DNA of 64,000 nucleotides from Candidatus Gottesmanbacteria bacterium UBA5942 (GTDB taxonomy: Bacteria; Patescibacteriota; Microgenomatia; UBA10105; UBA927), in assembly GCA_002430725.1 (NCBI GenBank), contig DJCU01000035.1, positions 19,324-83,323 of the forward strand. Reading direction: 5' to 3'. The notes beneath the pieces are model-generated. The model did not search any database and had not been told where the DNA came from. It worked only from the letters and a program-made list of their open reading frames with translations. Shown one piece after another: positions 45,514 to 57,660 of this stretch. The translations under genes and the position numbers were made by a program. Every line of letters begins with the position of its first letter. Positions within the stretch are counted from its first letter, which is position 1.

Positions 45514-46344
45514 TTATTCCTCTTTGCCAACAATCACCTGCGCGTCATAGTCTGCACTTTCTTCGACAGTGGCAGAAGATGTGCCTAATACATAGTCAGC
45601 TTTCAAATCATCAGCCAATAAGGTTGCGAATTCATCTTTTCCGGATTTAACCAATATTTCTGTATCGGTATAGGTATACTCTTCCGCGTTTCCAACGCTC
45701 ACAACAGTGTACCCCTTCTCTTCCAAAAAAGTTTTCATTTTACTGCCTGCTCCGGGTGTACCACCTCCGTTTATAACAGACACCTTCACATCACTCCTCG
45801 TCACCGCAACAGGGCTCGGTGTAGGCACAGCAATGGTAGGTGTTGGAGTTGGCGTTGGCTTCGCGGAGAGAAATGATAAGGTAGACGGGCCACGAACCAA
45901 TAAAATAAGAGACACTCCGATAGCAAGTGCGACACCAAGCATAGCACCCACCCATACCCCAAGGGATGGCCCTCGCTTACCGACCACGGTAATTTCTGGA
46001 GCTACTCCTGGCTCAGACTTTACGAAAAGCGATTCAACTCCTTTGGAATTTTCTTGGACTTCTTCCTGCATACGAGGAGGTACGACATCGGGCTGTACTT
46101 CTTCTTTCAGTTGCTCAACTTCTTCTTCAATCGCTTCGACAGCTTCTCCGATCTCTTCTGCATCTTTTTTGATCGTTTCAATTGCATCAGGTACCGCACC
46201 TTCTTCAACAACTTCGACCACCTGTCTCACTGGCGGCTCACTTTCTTCTGCAACAACTACCTCTGCAACATCAGTATCTTTTATCTGACCGCTCATTTCA
46301 TCAAGCTTTAATGATGCGCGTTTCTTTTTTGCTTTCGGTGGCAT
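45514..46344 (-). CDS. LytR_C domain protein (acidic N-terminus, TM, Pro/Thr linker, LytR cell-envelope-related C-terminal domain)
   Basis: VKVSVINGGGTPGAGSKMKTFLEEKGYTVVSVGNAEEY matches LytR_C. Has a TM segment and a PTPTPTPT linker. Confidence 0.6.
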   Translation of the reverse strand: MPPKAKKKRASLKLDEMSGQIKDTDVAEVVVAEESEPPVRQVVEVVEEGAVPDAIETIKKDAEEIGEAVEAIEEEVEQLKEEVQPDVVPPRMQEEVQENSKGVESLFVKSEPGVAPEITVVGKRGPSLGVWVGAMLGVALAIGVSLILLVRGPSTLSFLSAKPTPTPTPTIAVPTPSPVAVTRSDVKVSVINGGGTPGAGSKMKTFLEEKGYTVVSVGNAEEYTYTDTEILVKSGKDEFATLLADDLKADYVLGTSSATVEESADYDAQVIVGKEE

Positions 46345-46393
46345 ATAGATTAAGTATAGTAACTTACATCAATGTCTGCAAGTATTATCTCTA

Positions 46394-47182
46394 TTAACTA
46401 CTAGCGCTTGTATAATGACGAAGTGCAAAACGCCAATACCAACGGGAGGCAGCCCACAGCCCTGCAGCGAGTACAAACACAATCAGTACATCTTTATAAT
46501 CGAGCTTCGCAAGCAATGCGCGCGATGGTGTATTGATAACAAGGGCTAGTGGCATCACAAAAACAAACAAAAAAGAAGCAAGTTGCTGTAGCATCTCTTT
46601 TGGAAACCTTGCCATACTTTCAAATGAGTACATAAACAAAACCAAATTAGTCATATTGGAAAACCATATAAGGTTGGTAAGTACCAAAAACCACAAAGAA
46701 TACAAAAGCATAAGAGCAGCAAATGCAAGAAATATAAAAAGGAGTAGCTGTGGAAAAGTCACCACCAAATGCAACTGGCCAGCAATCCATATCGTATATC
46801 CCAATGCCATCAAAATACGAAAAATTGTTGCAAAGTTCACTACCCACAAACTTACCGCGAATTGCGAATCAATCGGTTTTACGAGTATTCCATCCAATTC
46901 ACCCATGTGTATTACTTTTGACAGCCTCCCCATATTGATACTTATAAACATATGAAATATACCAACAATCACTCCGTAAATACCGTTAAATAACAACAGT
47001 TCTCCGCGCTGCCATCCATATGCATCGGTCACCCGTGCAGTAAGCATAATGACCGTATACAAAGACATAGCTCCCCACCCGATACTGGCTATGACGTTGT
47101 TAAAAAAATTAACCCGATATGTAAGGAGAGAAGCCAGATTAAGCTTTAGTAATTGACGGTAAATCGCAACATAGCGTTTCAT
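46394..47182 (-). CDS. ABC-2 family transporter permease
   Basis: 6 TM segments, adjacent to a second permease and an ABC ATPase. Confidence 0.65.
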   Translation of the reverse strand: MKRYVAIYRQLLKLNLASLLTYRVNFFNNVIASIGWGAMSLYTVIMLTARVTDAYGWQRGELLLFNGIYGVIVGIFHMFISINMGRLSKVIHMGELDGILVKPIDSQFAVSLWVVNFATIFRILMALGYTIWIAGQLHLVVTFPQLLLFIFLAFAALMLLYSLWFLVLTNLIWFSNMTNLVLFMYSFESMARFPKEMLQQLASFLFVFVMPLALVINTPSRALLAKLDYKDVLIVFVLAAGLWAASRWYWRFALRHYTSASS

Positions 47183-47185
47183 ACA

Positions 47186-47980
47186 TTATTGCCCCACTGC
47201 GGTAAACTGCCGCAATCCTTTATGCCACATGAACCGATAGAGACCCAAAAACAATACTAGCCACACCCATTGCATACCTAACACTTGCCAAAGCTCTGAA
47301 GCACCCAATGCCCCCTGAGATGCGCGCACAGGATAGTACAACATATAGGCGATAGGTTGAAAAAGCGAAAACGAGCGAATTGAGTCAGGCAATAAATGAA
47401 GCGGCACAAGTATGCCGCTAAACAATATAAAAATGATAGTCTGTATATTCTGAAAACCGGAAAAATCAATTGTCCAAAAAGCAATAAGACCAACTATCAT
47501 TTTATAGAAAAAACACAGAAGATACGCGCTTATCACGATAGCGATAACAAGCGGCACTAATCGTATATCAGTAATCAGCTCCGGGGCACGAATAAATACC
47601 GATATACCCAGTAATGTAAGCACTCCAAACCCCCCTTGGATTATCCGCCAAGGTAATTCCTGAAAAAACTTAAATTTTGTATATGAAAATGGTCGAAGCA
47701 AATACTGGGACAATCGTCCGTATTGTATATCTTCAAATGCCACTTCTTCCTCTATGTGCACCTGCAAAAACGAACCCGCTACAAGCAATAACAGGTAATA
47801 GGAAACCGCTTCTGAAAATGACCATATTTGATTACCCGAAGGATCATTTAATACACCCCGCCAATACAAAAGATACACAACAACATCAATAAGAATGACA
47901 AAAAACCAAACAAACGAACGGGCTTTGTATTCCAAAGCGTGCTGCGAATACAAAGAAAAAATAGTCAGCAACCGTTTCAT
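47186..47980 (-). CDS. ABC-2 family transporter permease
   Basis: 6 TM segments. Paralogous arrangement with the preceding permease. Confidence 0.65.
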   Translation of the reverse strand: MKRLLTIFSLYSQHALEYKARSFVWFFVILIDVVVYLLYWRGVLNDPSGNQIWSFSEAVSYYLLLLVAGSFLQVHIEEEVAFEDIQYGRLSQYLLRPFSYTKFKFFQELPWRIIQGGFGVLTLLGISVFIRAPELITDIRLVPLVIAIVISAYLLCFFYKMIVGLIAFWTIDFSGFQNIQTIIFILFSGILVPLHLLPDSIRSFSLFQPIAYMLYYPVRASQGALGASELWQVLGMQWVWLVLFLGLYRFMWHKGLRQFTAVGQ

Positions 47981-48969
47981 ATTTTTCTATTGCCCGCAAA
48001 CACATCACGGATAACGTCTTCGATATCAGGTTCTTCTATATTTAGATCGTCAACAGGAAAATGCTGCAATAACTCTGCCGCCGCCAAACTTGAAGCGTTC
48101 CTACTTACTTTTATGATGGCTTTCGGAAATGAATACGACACCAGTTCACCTATTTTTTCAAACTTCTCAGGCGGGACATACTCATCGAGTACGACAGACA
48201 ATAATTTATGCATGGCAAACCGCTTCACCAACCGGTCAAGCGCTCCATCATACATAATTTTTCCGTGATCGATAATAATCACCCGTTTTGCAAGCTGACG
48301 CACATCTTCCATGTAGTGAGAAGTAAGTACAATAGTCGAATAGTGCAACGTATTGTAGGAAGCAACGAAATCTCGCATTTTTTTCTGCATTACGACATCT
48401 AGTCCTATGGTCGGTTCGTCTAAAAATAAAACCTCTGGCGCATGTATCAAAGCAGCGATAAGCTCCATTTTCATTCGCTCACCGAGCGACAATTTTCGAA
48501 CAGGCACTTTTACCATTTCTTCAACATCCAATAGTTCGGTAAGTTCACTCATATTTTTTTTGTATTCCTCATCCCCTACACCATAAATTTCTTTGTTGAG
48601 GAGAAACGTCTCCTGTGCCGGCAAATCCCACCACAACTGATTTTTTTGTCCCATAACCAGAGCAATCTTCCTTAAATACGCATGGTCTCGCACAAACGGA
48701 GTACTCCCTAACACCGATACATGCCCGGAAGTAGGATGAAGTAAACCAGTTAAACATTTGAGCGTGGTCGTTTTACCCGCACCATTTGGACCGATAAATC
48801 CAACAAGTTCACCTTTGTTTATCTCAAATGATATGTCATCAACAGCCGCAACTGTTTCGTATTTCCGATGAAACAACGATCGCACCGAAGCGGCAAAGCC
48901 CGGCTCTTTCTTATGCACTTCATAGTGCTTCGATAAATGTGATACTTGGATTACCATAGATATTCTCAC
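47977..48969 (-). CDS. ABC transporter ATP-binding protein
   Basis: Walker A GPNGAGKTT, signature LSLGERMK, Walker B LFLDEPT. Confidence 0.85.
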   Translation of the reverse strand: MRISMVIQVSHLSKHYEVHKKEPGFAASVRSLFHRKYETVAAVDDISFEINKGELVGFIGPNGAGKTTTLKCLTGLLHPTSGHVSVLGSTPFVRDHAYLRKIALVMGQKNQLWWDLPAQETFLLNKEIYGVGDEEYKKNMSELTELLDVEEMVKVPVRKLSLGERMKMELIAALIHAPEVLFLDEPTIGLDVVMQKKMRDFVASYNTLHYSTIVLTSHYMEDVRQLAKRVIIIDHGKIMYDGALDRLVKRFAMHKLLSVVLDEYVPPEKFEKIGELVSYSFPKAIIKVSRNASSLAAAELLQHFPVDDLNIEEPDIEDVIRDVFAGNRKI

Positions 48970-49039
48970 TTAGTATATACCAAAAGAGACCCGCCTTTTA
49001 GAGAAAGCGAGCCTCTGGTTTGGAAAAAAGTCAACAAGT

Positions 49040-49312
49040 TTAGCGAACGACTTTTTTTAATGCTTTCCCAGCGGTGAAGCCAGGAGTCTTGCGTGCAGGA
49101 ATATTGATCGCTGACCCTGTTTGTGGGTTGCGGCCAGTTCGTGCTTTGCGGCTTCGTACCATAAAGGTTCCGAATCCGGTAACCACTACCTTGTCACCCT
49201 TTTTCAGTGCATCGGTAACGGCTCCAAATACTGCTGCGACTGCTTCGCGTGCTGCTTTGGCGGTAAGATTGGCTTTTTTCGCTACGACATCGACGAGATC
49301 TGCTTTAGTCAT
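49040..49312 (-). CDS. hup: DNA-binding protein HU
   Basis: 90 aa. GFGTF...RNPQTG...IPA arm motif. Confidence 0.9.
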   Translation of the reverse strand: MTKADLVDVVAKKANLTAKAAREAVAAVFGAVTDALKKGDKVVVTGFGTFMVRSRKARTGRNPQTGSAINIPARKTPGFTAGKALKKVVR

Positions 49313-49366
49313 GAGTATAATTCACCTCCTTTTGGGCAGAGGGTTCTAACAAGAAAATTTTTTTAA

Positions 49367-49382
49367 GGGATTGTTGCAACAA
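49367..49382. promoter_or_regulatory. 16-bp perfect palindrome GATTGTTGCAACAATC upstream of hup, with nearby GTAACAATC / CGTAACAGA repeats
   Basis: Read directly, about 55-70 nt upstream of the hup ATG on the minus strand. Confidence 0.35.
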
Positions 49383-49607
49383 TCTCCATGAGGCACTGTA
49401 AAAGATGTAGCGCGTCCTGTCAACCTATCATTTAATACATCGCACTGTAACAATCTAAATCGTAACAGATAGTTATTTTGGATTGTCCCGACAACCCGGT
49501 GATATAAATTGAAAAATATGTTCTCAACAAAAAAGCACAAGGATAGCTTTCTGATTTTTATCCTACACCATGAGCGAGTTTGGTGAGCTTCACCCTCGTT
49601 TCAATGA

Positions 49608-51182
49608 TTATTTCACCACTTCTACTGCGCGTAGCTCGCGGATGACCGTCACTTTGACGCTTCCAGGTACGATAACCTTTTTGGCTATCTCATCACGGAT
49701 CTCTTTTGCTAACACTGCAGTGGTGGCATCGGAGACAGATCCCGGGTCAACAATGACACGAATTTCTCTTCCCGCCTGGAATGCGAAACTCTCAGTTACT
49801 CCCTTATGGGATTTGGCGATTTCCTCGAGATCCTTGAGACGTTTGACGTATTCGTCATAGTTTTCGTATCGCGCTCCCGGACGACTTCCCGATATAGCAT
49901 CAGCAATATAAACAAGCATCGATTCAACACTCGTAAATGCGGAATCTTCGTGATGCTGAGCTACACAGTCTATCACTGCTTGAGGCAATCCATACTTCTT
50001 ACATAACTCAACCCCCAACTCAACATGATTACCTTCTTTGTCGGCAACAATTTTACCGATGTCGTGAAGTAAACAGCCCAAGCGCACAACATTGACGTCT
50101 GCACCAATTTCATGGGCGATTGCCACACCAATTTTTGTTTCTTCCATCGTGTGAGCGATCATGTTTTGACCAAATGAATATCGGTATTTAAATCTCCCTA
50201 ACATAGCAATAAGTGGTGGTGGAAGATTGTACACTCCTACAGAGTGACATAACTTTTGGCCTTCTTCGAACATAATGCGCTCAGTTTCCTTTTTCACCTG
50301 CTCAATAAGTTCTTCAATGCGTCCCGGCTGCACCCGACCGTCACGAAGCAACCGTTCCAAAGTTACCCGGGCAATTTCGCGGCGCACTGGATCAAAACTT
50401 GAGAGCCTAATAACCCCTTCTTCATCAAGATCTACATCAACGCCAGTTGCTGTTTCAAACGCGCGGATATTCCGACCTTCTTTTCCGATAATTCTCCCTT
50501 TTACTTCCTCATCTGTAACCTTGATAACCGATACGGTGTATTCTGGCACGTAGTCAGTGGCGCCATGTTTCATCGCATCCACAAGTATCTCGCGGGCTTT
50601 CGTTTCTGCCTCTAGGCGAGCTTCTGCTTCTGCTTCTTTGATTTCGCGTGCCATATCTGCGTCCAATTCACTACGCAACTCGGAAAGAATTACTTCCTTC
50701 GCTTCATCGCGGGTAAGATGGGCGGTTTTTTCAAGCTTATCTATCGTTTGCTGACGAATTTTTTCGGCGTCTTCACGCTTTTTTACGATAGCGTCTTCTG
50801 ACTCGATGATTCGCTTTTCTCTATCGGTAAGTGCTGCATCTTTGCGGTCTGCTGCTATTTCCCTCTCTCGGACACTACTTTCCAATCTACGAACGTCCAT
50901 CTCTGCGTCACGACGAACCCGAAGCGCTTCATCTTTGGCTTCCAAGATAATTTCCCGAGCCTGCGCTTCTGCAAGTTTACGCATCGCGTCAACATCAACT
51001 GCAGGCGCTTGCGGAGACTGTTGTTGCGGTTGCGGTTGCTGTACTCCCTTTTTGACTTTTTTTGCAGCAGGAGACGCCTGAACAGCTGGTGTTGCATCTT
51101 CTACCGGTACTGCCTTTATACTGACTCCACGGGTGCTTTTGGGTTTTACCAACCCGGATAACGTTTTGAGTACATCAAACAT
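49608..51182 (-). CDS. rny: ribonuclease Y
   Basis: KH domain (GRNIRAFETATGVDV) and HD domain (LLHDIGK). The N-terminus is Gln/Pro/Lys-rich rather than a clear TM helix. Confidence 0.85.
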   Translation of the reverse strand: MFDVLKTLSGLVKPKSTRGVSIKAVPVEDATPAVQASPAAKKVKKGVQQPQPQQQSPQAPAVDVDAMRKLAEAQAREIILEAKDEALRVRRDAEMDVRRLESSVREREIAADRKDAALTDREKRIIESEDAIVKKREDAEKIRQQTIDKLEKTAHLTRDEAKEVILSELRSELDADMAREIKEAEAEARLEAETKAREILVDAMKHGATDYVPEYTVSVIKVTDEEVKGRIIGKEGRNIRAFETATGVDVDLDEEGVIRLSSFDPVRREIARVTLERLLRDGRVQPGRIEELIEQVKKETERIMFEEGQKLCHSVGVYNLPPPLIAMLGRFKYRYSFGQNMIAHTMEETKIGVAIAHEIGADVNVVRLGCLLHDIGKIVADKEGNHVELGVELCKKYGLPQAVIDCVAQHHEDSAFTSVESMLVYIADAISGSRPGARYENYDEYVKRLKDLEEIAKSHKGVTESFAFQAGREIRVIVDPGSVSDATTAVLAKEIRDEIAKKVIVPGSVKVTVIRELRAVEVVK

Positions 51183-51360
51183 ATGAATCCTTTCTTAAAG
51201 GCGAAGCAAAAATGCAGCAAAAAAGACCGCGCTATCTTCAGGCGGCGTCTGTAGGAGAATTAGTGGTGCGTGTATATCTCATATTCCTACAAAATTCAGT
51301 TTTGCTGATCTTTATAATTCGCTTGATGGCAGGGTACATCCACTGCCTATACCTCATATT

Positions 51361-51861
51361 TTACACGTTTGTGAGTATATCGTCAACGACACCCCAGCTT
51401 ATCTCCGATGAAAATCCACTCCGCAAAAGATAGTCTACAAGCTTCCGTTTCTGCTCAGGCAATGGCAAGTATTTCCAAGCATCTCGTTTTTTACTAACTA
51501 CTCGCTTTGCCAAATTCACCTCAGACTGCTCTCCGCGCATCCCTTCATATACCACCTCATCAATGATCTCTGGTGCTATTCCTTTACGAGCAAGCTCCAT
51601 ACGTATCATACGCGATCCCTTTGGCTTCCTGCCGGTTCGTTGTCCAACCCACCAAATGCTAAATTCCTGATCGTTGATATAGTGAAGTTCACGTAAACGA
51701 ATAAGCACACGTGAGAGAACAAGCGGTGCCGCAGTATGACTCCGTGATAATTTTTGAGCAAGGTAATCTCGGATTTCTTTTTCGCTTCTCGGACGATATG
51801 ACACAAAACGGATGGCAAGCGCCATAAGTTTTTCATACACGTCCGATTGATCAATATCCAT
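51361..51861 (-). CDS. recX: recombination regulator RecX
   Basis: Three-helix repeat pattern and YINDQEF. 166 aa. Confidence 0.7.
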   Translation of the reverse strand: MDIDQSDVYEKLMALAIRFVSYRPRSEKEIRDYLAQKLSRSHTAAPLVLSRVLIRLRELHYINDQEFSIWWVGQRTGRKPKGSRMIRMELARKGIAPEIIDEVVYEGMRGEQSEVNLAKRVVSKKRDAWKYLPLPEQKRKLVDYLLRSGFSSEISWGVVDDILTNV

Positions 51862-51901
51862 ATATGTACACCATCTTCACACGCCTTGTTTCAAAGGATA
51901 G

Positions 51902-52693
51902 TTGCAGTATATACTATGCGCAAAGGAGCACACTATGGAACTACTATTTGCTGGTGCTACACCGTTACTCGTTATTTTACTCGTTGTTATCTTATCTTCA
52001 CTAAAGCAAGTCAATGAATTTGAACGCGGCATACAATTTACCTTTGGGAAATACTCTGGTGTACTTGAGCCGGGATGGCGTATCGTACTCCCTGTGTTCC
52101 AAACATGGCAAAAGGTAGATATCCGTACCAAAGTAGTAGAAGAACCTGATCAGGAAGTGATTACCAAAGACAACGTAAGTACAAAAATAACCGCTGTCAT
52201 TTACTACAAAATCACAGACGCCCAAAAGGCTATCCTTGAAGTAGAAAATTTCTATTGGGCAGTATCCCAATTAGCACAGACTACGATGCGCAACGTCATA
52301 GGAGAAGTCACCCTTGATCAACTTCTCACCCAACGACACGAGCTCGCTGTCAAGATCCGAGATATTGTAGAAAAATCAGCCGGCCTTTGGGGACTCGATG
52401 TTTCCAGTGTTGAACTTAAAGATATAAAGCTTCCCGAATCCATGGTGCGCACCATGGCAAAACAAGCAGAAGCAGAACGGGAAAAGAGAGCAACAATCAT
52501 CAATTCTGAAGGCGAAGTAATCGCATCCAAAAACCTTGCGATTGCCGCAAAAACTATGCAGGGAACTCCAGGAGCGCTACATCTACGGACACTAAATTCG
52601 ATAAATGATATTTCGTCCGATCAGTCAAACACAGTCGTGTTTGCGATCCCACTCGAAATTCTTCATGCGCTCGAAGGATTTAAGAAAAAATAA
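51902..52693 (+). CDS. SPFH/band-7 (stomatin/prohibitin-like) membrane protein
   Basis: N-terminal TM segment, then EFERGIQFTFGKY...TKDNV..KITAVIYYKI SPFH core. Confidence 0.8.
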   Translation: MQYILCAKEHTMELLFAGATPLLVILLVVILSSLKQVNEFERGIQFTFGKYSGVLEPGWRIVLPVFQTWQKVDIRTKVVEEPDQEVITKDNVSTKITAVIYYKITDAQKAILEVENFYWAVSQLAQTTMRNVIGEVTLDQLLTQRHELAVKIRDIVEKSAGLWGLDVSSVELKDIKLPESMVRTMAKQAEAEREKRATIINSEGEVIASKNLAIAAKTMQGTPGALHLRTLNSINDISSDQSNTVVFAIPLEILHALEGFKKK

Positions 52694-52713
52694 TCAGGTG
52701 TATGCTCGCTTAC

Positions 52714-53745
52714 TCAGGCTTCTTCGGTGTGTGCGACCTTCACTGAGGCGTGCCCTGATTTTACCGCTTTCCAAATCGCCTCTGATATTTCCTTAGACAG
52801 CTTACCGTTTTCCCGAAGGAACATCTTGGCCGCTTCTTTCCCTTGACCGAGCATCTGAGTGCCATACTTTATAAACGCGCCGGATTTATTAAGTACTCCC
52901 AACTCTACGCCGACATCCAAGAGCGCTCCCTCTTTGGAAATACCGTCATGCATAACATCATACTCTGCAAGTCGGAAGGGCGGTGAAACTTTATTTTTCA
53001 CAATTCGCACACGATGCCTACTACCAATTACTTTATCCCCATCTTTGAGAGTTTCAATCTTTCTACTATCCATCCGGATACTTGCATAAAACTTGAGCGC
53101 CATACCACCAGTGGTGGTTTCGGGATTACCGAACATGACTCCAATTTTTTGCCTCAATTGATTGGTAAAAATTACAATCGTCTTGGATTTTGAAATCACT
53201 GCAGTTAATTTACGAAGTGCTTGAGACATCAATCGGGCGTGCACACCCATCATGCTATCCCCCATCTCTCCCTCGATCTCTGCTCTCGGCACTAGCGCTG
53301 CGACAGAATCGATGACAATAACATCAATACCGCCACTTCTAATCAAGGTTTCAGCAATTTCAAGCGCCTGTTCGCCAGTATCCGGCTGCGAAATAAGCAA
53401 GTTATCTAACTTCACGCCTAACACTTCCGCCCATTGTGGATCTAACGCGTGCTCTGCATCGATAAAGGCGGCTACTCCACCAGACTTTTGGGCTTCAGCG
53501 ATAATCGACAAACAGACAGTCGTTTTTCCTGATGCCTCAGGGCCATAAATTTCAACAATTCTTCCGCGTGGCACTCCTCCCACTCCAAGAGCGAGATCAA
53601 GCGGCAAGATGCCAGTAGGAACAACATCAATTGCATCGTGAACATTTACCCGTTCACCAAGCTTCATGATAGAGCCTTTGCCATATTGCTTTTCAATCGT
53701 CTCCATCGCCAATCGAATTGCCTGAAGTTTTTGGTCTTGTGCCAT
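52714..53745 (-). CDS. recA: recombinase RecA
   Basis: Walker [10 protein letters not shown], the L1/L2 loops, and IDSVAAL. 343 aa. Confidence 0.95.
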   Translation of the reverse strand: MAQDQKLQAIRLAMETIEKQYGKGSIMKLGERVNVHDAIDVVPTGILPLDLALGVGGVPRGRIVEIYGPEASGKTTVCLSIIAEAQKSGGVAAFIDAEHALDPQWAEVLGVKLDNLLISQPDTGEQALEIAETLIRSGGIDVIVIDSVAALVPRAEIEGEMGDSMMGVHARLMSQALRKLTAVISKSKTIVIFTNQLRQKIGVMFGNPETTTGGMALKFYASIRMDSRKIETLKDGDKVIGSRHRVRIVKNKVSPPFRLAEYDVMHDGISKEGALLDVGVELGVLNKSGAFIKYGTQMLGQGKEAAKMFLRENGKLSKEISEAIWKAVKSGHASVKVAHTEEA

Positions 53746-53968
53746 AGATACCTCCTGTGGAAAAAATATATTGGGGCAGGATCGAAATCTATCCCATTCT
53801 TACACAATAAATGATAGAATACAAGGATTGGTCAGGCATATATGGAGAAATCCTCATCTTGATCAGAGATATAATATTTGTCGCGAACGTGAGTTTGAGA
53901 TCTGAATAGTTCGCGACACCTATTGGGGAAAATCGTTGGAAAAAAACCGCAAGGTTTTGTTCCAGAAC

Positions 53969-55387
<1,419 letters not shown>

Positions 55388-55444
55388 AATTGTATCAGAG
55401 TACGAATATATTCAGTCCTACGTTCAGCATACTATAATGAGTGT

Positions 55445-56935
55445 ATGAACCTCAAAAAGCATAGGACTACCTTAAAACTGCTCAGCGGAAGTATATTTTT
55501 TGCGACAATCCTACTCCTGGCGTTTATGGTTGTGAAGTCCGGGTACTTTTTTGAATTTGATATCGATGAACTTTATCATGCCAATACAGCCTATCTCATC
55601 GCTCAAGGATACTCACCATTTAAAGATTTCTTTCTTCCGTACTCCCCGCTCTTTCATGTATCACTAATTCCTTTATTTACTCAATTCGGGTTCACACTCG
55701 AAACCATTCAGTGGACTCGACTTGTTATGATCGCGCTATTTGCCGTTCGTGTTGTCACAGCGGCAGTACTTGTCCGTATGCTGTTCGGTACGCTCGCGGC
55801 TATTCTTTTCGTTCCCCTCCTTCTTCTCGACCCGTTAACAGAGTATTCCTCCATGCAAATTCGGCCCGACAACCTCATGCTGACGGTATACGTTGTCGGA
55901 GTATGGTTACTCACTAAAGGGCTCTTACAAAAGAAAAAATATCTCGCATTTTTATCCGGCATTTTACTTGGGCTGGCAATCCTTTTATCAATAAAAATTG
56001 CACCGAGCATGGGAGTAATCTTGCTTATCCTCACTGGACTTCGCTTCAAATATACATTTACGGGATTACGGGAACTATGGCTCGGGTGTATTCTGCCCAT
56101 CGCAATATTCTGCATATATTATTCAGCAAAAGGATTACTCTCGCCGATGATAACAAATCTACTTTTCGATGCGCGATTGATTAACGAAGCGCTTAAGTAT
56201 CCCGTTCCCATGGGAAACTTTTACCGGCCGTCGGATGCCACAACGTACGGCTTGTCATTTAAACCCGCTTTGTTTCAATATCTCTGGTCGTTACCGCTTC
56301 TTTCGTTCGCCGGGGTGTATGCAACTTTTCAGGAATTTGATTTTTCGTTTCTGAAATTTTCCAAAAAAAGAACAATAGGTATAATTTTGAGTATTTCCCT
56401 TGTCGCACAGTGGTTGTCGCTATTTTTCGTTCGATCTGTATTTATTCAGTACTATCTGCCAGTCACCTATCTATTTGCCATATTTGCCGCAGTCGCGGTA
56501 GCAAAAATTATCCACACTGTTCAAATACATAAATTCGTCTATACAGCCACGCTCCTTTTCTTTTCCATTATCTATATGTATTTATTAATTCCAAGCTTAC
56601 AGGCTAATAGCGAACGGGCAAAGAGGAGCGGTGCAGAACAAAAAATGGCCATAACCGCCATTTGGAACTACGTTCCCGAAACAAGCGCGGTATATCCGGG
56701 TGTCCTCTTCCGGCCGCTGGCATACCCCGTTCCCTACGGGTTTACTTTTTATGATCTTCCCCAAAGTATATTTAGCCGATATGAACCCGTACAAAACTAT
56801 CTGAAAAAAAATGATGTCCAGTATTTAAACATAGACGGCAAACCTTGGGCACTTCCCGACGAAACAGTAGTACAATACATCAATGCTCATTATGCTCAAG
56901 ATAAGGAATATCCCCTGTTTTGGAAACAAAAATAG
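55445..56935 (+). CDS. GT-C-fold membrane glycosyltransferase (ArnT/PMT-like)
   Basis: DELYHANTAYLIAQGYSPFKDFF in the first loop (the DE..Y motif of GT-C enzymes). More than 10 TM segments and a C-terminal soluble domain. Confidence 0.55.
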   Translation: MNLKKHRTTLKLLSGSIFFATILLLAFMVVKSGYFFEFDIDELYHANTAYLIAQGYSPFKDFFLPYSPLFHVSLIPLFTQFGFTLETIQWTRLVMIALFAVRVVTAAVLVRMLFGTLAAILFVPLLLLDPLTEYSSMQIRPDNLMLTVYVVGVWLLTKGLLQKKKYLAFLSGILLGLAILLSIKIAPSMGVILLILTGLRFKYTFTGLRELWLGCILPIAIFCIYYSAKGLLSPMITNLLFDARLINEALKYPVPMGNFYRPSDATTYGLSFKPALFQYLWSLPLLSFAGVYATFQEFDFSFLKFSKKRTIGIILSISLVAQWLSLFFVRSVFIQYYLPVTYLFAIFAAVAVAKIIHTVQIHKFVYTATLLFFSIIYMYLLIPSLQANSERAKRSGAEQKMAITAIWNYVPETSAVYPGVLFRPLAYPVPYGFTFYDLPQSIFSRYEPVQNYLKKNDVQYLNIDGKPWALPDETVVQYINAHYAQDKEYPLFWKQK

Positions 56936-56980
56936 CTAAAATGTACTCCACCCGCTAAAATAGAAAAACTTCATGAACGT

Positions 56981-57565
56981 ATGGAACAAAAACGGATAAA
57001 CCGCATCAAGGAAGTTGTAAACAATCGTCAATCAGGCATTATAGTCGTGCTTGAAGATATTCACGACCCCCACAACTCTTCAGCAATACTTCGCACGTGT
57101 GATGCCATGGGCATACAAAACATCTGGTACATCTTTGAAAAAGAACCTCACTACAACCCTAAACGCATTGGGAAAGCAACAAGTTCAAGCGCTAATAAAT
57201 GGCTTAATTTCAATGTTTTTGATTCAACGCAATCATGTATCGACCTGCTCAAAAAACAGGGGTATGTCATCGCAGTTACTGCGCTAACCGATAGATCAGT
57301 TTCATTGTTGGACAAAACATTTGATGAGGAAAAAATCGCAATTATTGTTGGCAATGAACACCGCGGTGTATCAGAAATAGCATTGCAGTTAGCTGACGTC
57401 ATTTTACAAATCCCTATGCTTGGATTTGTTCAAAGCCTCAATGTGTCGGTAGCAACTGCTATAGTACTTTGGGAAATCACCAAGCAAAGAAATGGGAAAT
57501 TCCCGCTCCCCATACCTGAGCAGCAAAAACTTCTCGACGACTTTCTTGAGCGCGCCAAGAAATAA
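56981..57565 (+). CDS. trmH: SpoU/TrmH-family RNA 2'-O-methyltransferase
   Basis: HDPHNSSAILRTCDAMG and GNEHRGVS...SLNVSVA SPOUT motifs. Confidence 0.8.
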   Translation: MEQKRINRIKEVVNNRQSGIIVVLEDIHDPHNSSAILRTCDAMGIQNIWYIFEKEPHYNPKRIGKATSSSANKWLNFNVFDSTQSCIDLLKKQGYVIAVTALTDRSVSLLDKTFDEEKIAIIVGNEHRGVSEIALQLADVILQIPMLGFVQSLNVSVATAIVLWEITKQRNGKFPLPIPEQQKLLDDFLERAKK

Positions 57566-57660
57566 ATTTCTTATATTAAGGAAGGAGAGCAGTGCCGGTA
57601 TTCCGCCAGCTTTGCTGGTCGGCACGTTGAGAGGAAACCGCAGGTGTCCTCTCAAAAACA

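Noticed and set aside
45707-46288. 193-aa plus-strand ORF
   Set aside because: It is antisense to the LytR_C gene. The translation is low-complexity Ser/Thr/Gly-rich.
50275-51081. Several plus-strand ORFs rich in Ser/Arg/Ala
   Set aside because: They are antisense to rny, an artefact of its Lys/Glu/Ala-rich coding strand.
53880-53917. LexA/Cheo box upstream of recA
   Set aside because: The CGAAC and GTTCG half-sites are separated by 20 nt rather than 4, so it is not a canonical SOS box. Kept only as an unexplained inverted repeat.
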